DNA of 64,000 nt from the NCBI GenBank assembly GCA_964491875.1, contig CAZBIC010000037.1, positions 4,567-68,566 of the forward strand. Direction: 5' to 3'. Below are positions 61,801 through 64,000 of this stretch, in pieces. Made by a program: the position numbers and the translations under genes. Numbering within the stretch: the stretch's first letter is position 1; each line of letters opens with the position of its first letter. Under the pieces are notes generated by a model, which did not search any database, was not told the origin of the DNA, and was given only the letters and a program-made list of their open reading frames with translations. Source of the stretch: an uncultured Bifidobacterium sp. (GTDB lineage: Bacteria; Verrucomicrobiota; Verrucomicrobiia; Limisphaerales; JADJPG01).

Positions 61801-64000
61801 TTGGACGGCACGGTCACCGCTTGGGGGAATATGACAAATGTTCCTGCCGGTTTGAGCAATGTTGTGGAATTGCATGCATGTGGGACGTTCGGTCAGCCCG
61901 GCAGTTACAATCTTGCCTTACTGTCGGACGGGACAATCGGTGGTTGGAATAACGACACCATCCGTGATTTCCGGATCCTCTCGTTTGTCAGCAATGCAGT
62001 CGGTTTGGTAAGCCGAGATGGATATAATGTTGCGATTCAGGCTGACGGTCGCGTAAAGGCATGGGCGGGATTCACGGGCCCTGTGGCCACCAATCTACCA
62101 AATTCGGCAACCAACATCACGAGAATCGCGTTCAACGTGGGCTCGCACTATCTTGCGCTGCGCCGTGACGGCACGGTTGTGACATGGGGTTCAACTTCGC
62201 CGATTTTGACTAATCTGCCGGCCGGTCTAACCAACATCGTCGCCGTCGCAGCGGGACCGTCCTACAGCTGTGCATTACGAGACGACGGTACTGTCATCAG
62301 CTGGGGAAGCCCTATGCCCAATGCGTCGGCAATCCTGCCAACACTCACAAATGTCCTGTCGATCGCCGGTGGCGAATGGCACGTCGTCGCCCTTAGAAAT
62401 AACGGGACGGTTGTTTCGTGGGGTGAAAGCCCCCACGGACAAACCAATGTTCCTCCAGGATTGAACAACATCGTACAGGTTGGTGCGGGGCGAGACTATA
62501 GCTGGGCACTCAATGGGAGTGGAAAGCTCTTCGTGTGGGGGGACAATTCAGGTGGTCAGAACAATGTTCCTCCGGGACTCACCAACGTGATCTCGGTGTC
62601 CCACGGAGTTGACCATTGCCTTGCGTTGACCGGGCCCAGTGAGCCTCGTATTCGGTCCGTGACCAGCAGTAGATCACAGCCGTACAGTGGCGAGATTACT
62701 TTCCTGCGAGCTGATGCAATCGGAATGCCGCCGTTGAGCTACCAATGGCATCTCAACGGAATACCCATCCACGGGGAAAACAATCCATCACTTCTGCTAC
62801 CCAATCCCGACTCCCAACACTCCGGAAGTTACTCTGTAACGGTGACTAATCTCCATGGAACGGCTTCTGCAACTATCGATTTGGCCGTATTGGAAAATCC
62901 GCCGATCATTACCATCCCACCCGCCCCAGTGTGGACATTCTTCACAAGTAACGCCGTATTCTCAACCAAAAGCAAAGGTTCTCAGCCCATTCTCTATCAG
63001 TGGTTCTATGGAGATAAGCCCATCGAAACAGCCACGAACTCTACGCTGATTATTACCAATATCCACCATCACATGACAAACCTTGTGAAAGTGATGTTAA
63101 GCAACGCCTTTGGGGTTGTCTTCAGCGAGGAAGTCGGCATCAAGGTGTCACCGATCATTGCATGGGGCGCAAACAATTACGGCCAGACCCTTCCACCTCC
63201 CGCCACTGCGAGCAACGTTGTCGGATTGGCTGCAGGTTTATATCATGGAGTTGCCCTGAAGGATGACGGTAGTTTGGTTTCGTGGGGTTTAACAACGAAT
63301 TACTTTCCACTCGGCGTTTCAAATGTTGCGCAGATATCCGTGAGTGACTCACACACGGCTGTTCTTCAGCGCGATGGGGCTGTGAAGATCTGGGTGACTC
63401 CTAGTGATTCCCTCGGCCATCAGATCTCGACTGTGCCACCGACCGCTACCAATCTAGTTGAAGTCGTTGCGGGATACTCATTCACAATGGCGCTGCGCAG
63501 GGACGGAACTGTAGTTGCATGGGGACGCACATCAGGTGGCACAAATGTTCCACCGGGCATCTCGAATGTTGTAGCCATCGCCGCGCCACGTTCCCAAGGC
63601 ACCTATGGCCTCGCATTGCAACAGGACGGCACAGTGGTGGCTTGGGGCTATCCTTCAGACCCAACAAACGTGCCCACAAATCTCAGGGACGTTACTGCCA
63701 TAGCTTCGACCAGGCTCACGGCATTCGCGGTGAAAAGCGATGGCACAGTCGTCGGATGGCGGTCAACCGGTCTAGTTCCAATCCCCCAGGCATGCACGAA
63801 TGTTCATGCCATAGCAGCCGGCGATCAGCTAATTCTGGCGCTGCGCCGTGACGGCACACTCATCTCATTTTCTGATTCGTTTGGAACCCTGTATCCGTTC
63901 ATCCCAAACGGAATTTCGAACATAGTTGATATCGCCGTTGGTGGCTCGTTCAGCATGGCTCACATGTCGGAGGCCCCTCCATTCATCCGCCGCCTAACTA
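58831..64000 (+). CDS. Giant secreted RCC1-repeat / immunoglobulin-domain modular protein, 3' end outside window
   Basis: This frame is open from the ATG at 58831 to the window end. It is missing from the supplied ORF track because it has no stop in the window. Signal peptide WLNAIGVFLSFLLLYSKPAHA. Blocks of RCC1-type blades (VLAWGANYDGQTNVP.GLTNVVAISAG..FAVAL..DGT) alternate with pairs of I-set-like Ig domains (Y.W..NG..I.GATN..L.......D.G.YS..V.N..G...S). GC content is visibly lower than the backbone. Confidence 0.85.
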   Translation, partial: MSSRSLRSSSEPQSETSTLGVNSISLSWLNAIGVFLSFLLLYSKPAHAGVSTVLAWGANYDGQTNVPVGLTNVVAISAGNNFAVALRIDGTITAWGDSSAANDTNYLANVVAISAGLGSALNLRADGSIVASFSQATTNQLLYPSSNKIIGIAEGLFLLNDQTLTGSYGNSFENFNVITLPNGPLFGTSIAGKIEAGAAVSPNGTISLWTTIVTGQTIPDYSVPLDLTNAVEVDLGREYGIVRTADQRVRVWRFGGGNSEITTNLPTGLTNIIQISAGDYHALALKSDGRVMTWGSTWDGVGNVPTTATNVLAVAAGGGFSVALTGSGPPEVNILNATTNEVSAGITSILRGGFLGEPPLSIQWRKNGADIVGATNATLWLTNSQMKDTGSYSLFASNRLGTATSREVAVVVTPAPPAFVSEPISQLATLMNRHELSATVAGSEPMHYQWHFNGKSIPGATNAVLRLDPLYYSDSGDYSVVVTNALGTATSSNAALTLTSVVLANNGQTDVLPMQIGLTNAVSLVANSLRGNVLALDGTAQDWDLYSRGYPYVASLTVSNLLELGDGWTGSAISLENHVVSLYTSDVTKYEIPYGLTNAIWITAGLNTRFALLSDGRLTGWFVTQFGTAVPLTIPTEVSNVVDFSFGFDHGIAIRADRSVVTWGDLDFGNLNVPASVSNVVAVAAGDNFSVAVREDGSVVSWGRGTMTLFGGGETNVPAGLSNVVSVKAGRVHTAALKRDGTVAVWGFGVERTSNAFSKVKNVAKIAAGELQTAALFWENPPLIRQLTPRESTIFSGGPAVLRVDVLGPADLRFQWQLHGTNIPGAIYKFLFVENIRAEDSDGYSFIASSPSGASVGESLRIRVENAPPFVVTQPVDAGTNVTRSATFTVAADGAKPLHYQWMYEGVDIPGATMSSLTVGPLTHLNAGHYSVRVTNPFGSTISSNAALKVWSVVGWGRTFPYDYGQSNAGPASSDAFAISAGEFHSAAIKLDGTVTAWGNMTNVPAGLSNVVELHACGTFGQPGSYNLALLSDGTIGGWNNDTIRDFRILSFVSNAVGLVSRDGYNVAIQADGRVKAWAGFTGPVATNLPNSATNITRIAFNVGSHYLALRRDGTVVTWGSTSPILTNLPAGLTNIVAVAAGPSYSCALRDDGTVISWGSPMPNASAILPTLTNVLSIAGGEWHVVALRNNGTVVSWGESPHGQTNVPPGLNNIVQVGAGRDYSWALNGSGKLFVWGDNSGGQNNVPPGLTNVISVSHGVDHCLALTGPSEPRIRSVTSSRSQPYSGEITFLRADAIGMPPLSYQWHLNGIPIHGENNPSLLLPNPDSQHSGSYSVTVTNLHGTASATIDLAVLENPPIITIPPAPVWTFFTSNAVFSTKSKGSQPILYQWFYGDKPIETATNSTLIITNIHHHMTNLVKVMLSNAFGVVFSEEVGIKVSPIIAWGANNYGQTLPPPATASNVVGLAAGLYHGVALKDDGSLVSWGLTTNYFPLGVSNVAQISVSDSHTAVLQRDGAVKIWVTPSDSLGHQISTVPPTATNLVEVVAGYSFTMALRRDGTVVAWGRTSGGTNVPPGISNVVAIAAPRSQGTYGLALQQDGTVVAWGYPSDPTNVPTNLRDVTAIASTRLTAFAVKSDGTVVGWRSTGLVPIPQACTNVHAIAAGDQLILALRRDGTLISFSDSFGTLYPFIPNGISNIVDIAVGGSFSMAHMSEAPPFIRRLT

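Noticed and set aside
1-64000. tRNA, rRNA, tmRNA, RNase P, or prophage/integrase genes.
   Set aside because: I could not recognise any T-arm/anticodon-arm pattern, rRNA signature or integrase motif by eye. This is a weak negative. tRNAscan-SE, Infernal and an integrase HMM search should be run.

Overview
High-GC bacterial chromosome segment. Gene content points to the PVC superphylum, most likely Verrucomicrobia: a PSCyt/DUF1549/DUF1553 + DUF1501 pair, an H-X9-DG prepilin-type protein, an autotransporter-associated beta-strand-repeat protein and a MoxR/Bat operon. This lineage call is inference only.

About 75% of the window is ordinary housekeeping: pnp, apaG, infA, Rieske/cytochrome b-c, hemQ, MBOAT, the MoxR-DUF58-BatA/B/C operon, rsmH, an RluA-family synthase, hom-thrC, sppA, upp, an M24 peptidase and mnmA.

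The accessory region lies at about 49.9-58.6 kb. It contains a C5-methyltransferase fragment, an IS200/RAYT-type HUH transposase with a 180-bp tandem array of hairpin-rich REP/MITE-like units, and a tightly coupled seven-gene operon at 51.5-57.8 kb. The operon order is two XRE-HTH controller-like proteins, a C5 cytosine methyltransferase, a GHKL (MORC/sacsin/MutL-like) ATPase, two unrecognisable proteins, and Vsr. The place where a restriction endonuclease would normally sit is taken by the GHKL ATPase plus the two unknowns, so I flag this as the best candidate for an undescribed methylation-linked defence system.

A second, collapsed copy of this cassette sits inverted at 14.99-15.37 kb. It keeps the operator and an HTH::vsr in-frame deletion fusion that now carries two TAG stops. 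It lies next to a cytosolic clan-CD-like peptidase gene and a 1115-aa membrane-anchored coiled-coil protein.

Other oddities are in-frame palindromic insertions inside vsr and inside the DUF1553 gene, ~84-nt direct repeats bracketing the 8.5-kb island, and a lower-GC giant secreted RCC1/Ig-repeat protein that runs off the right edge (it is absent from the supplied ORF track because it has no stop in the window).

All homology statements rest on motif recognition by eye. No searches were run.
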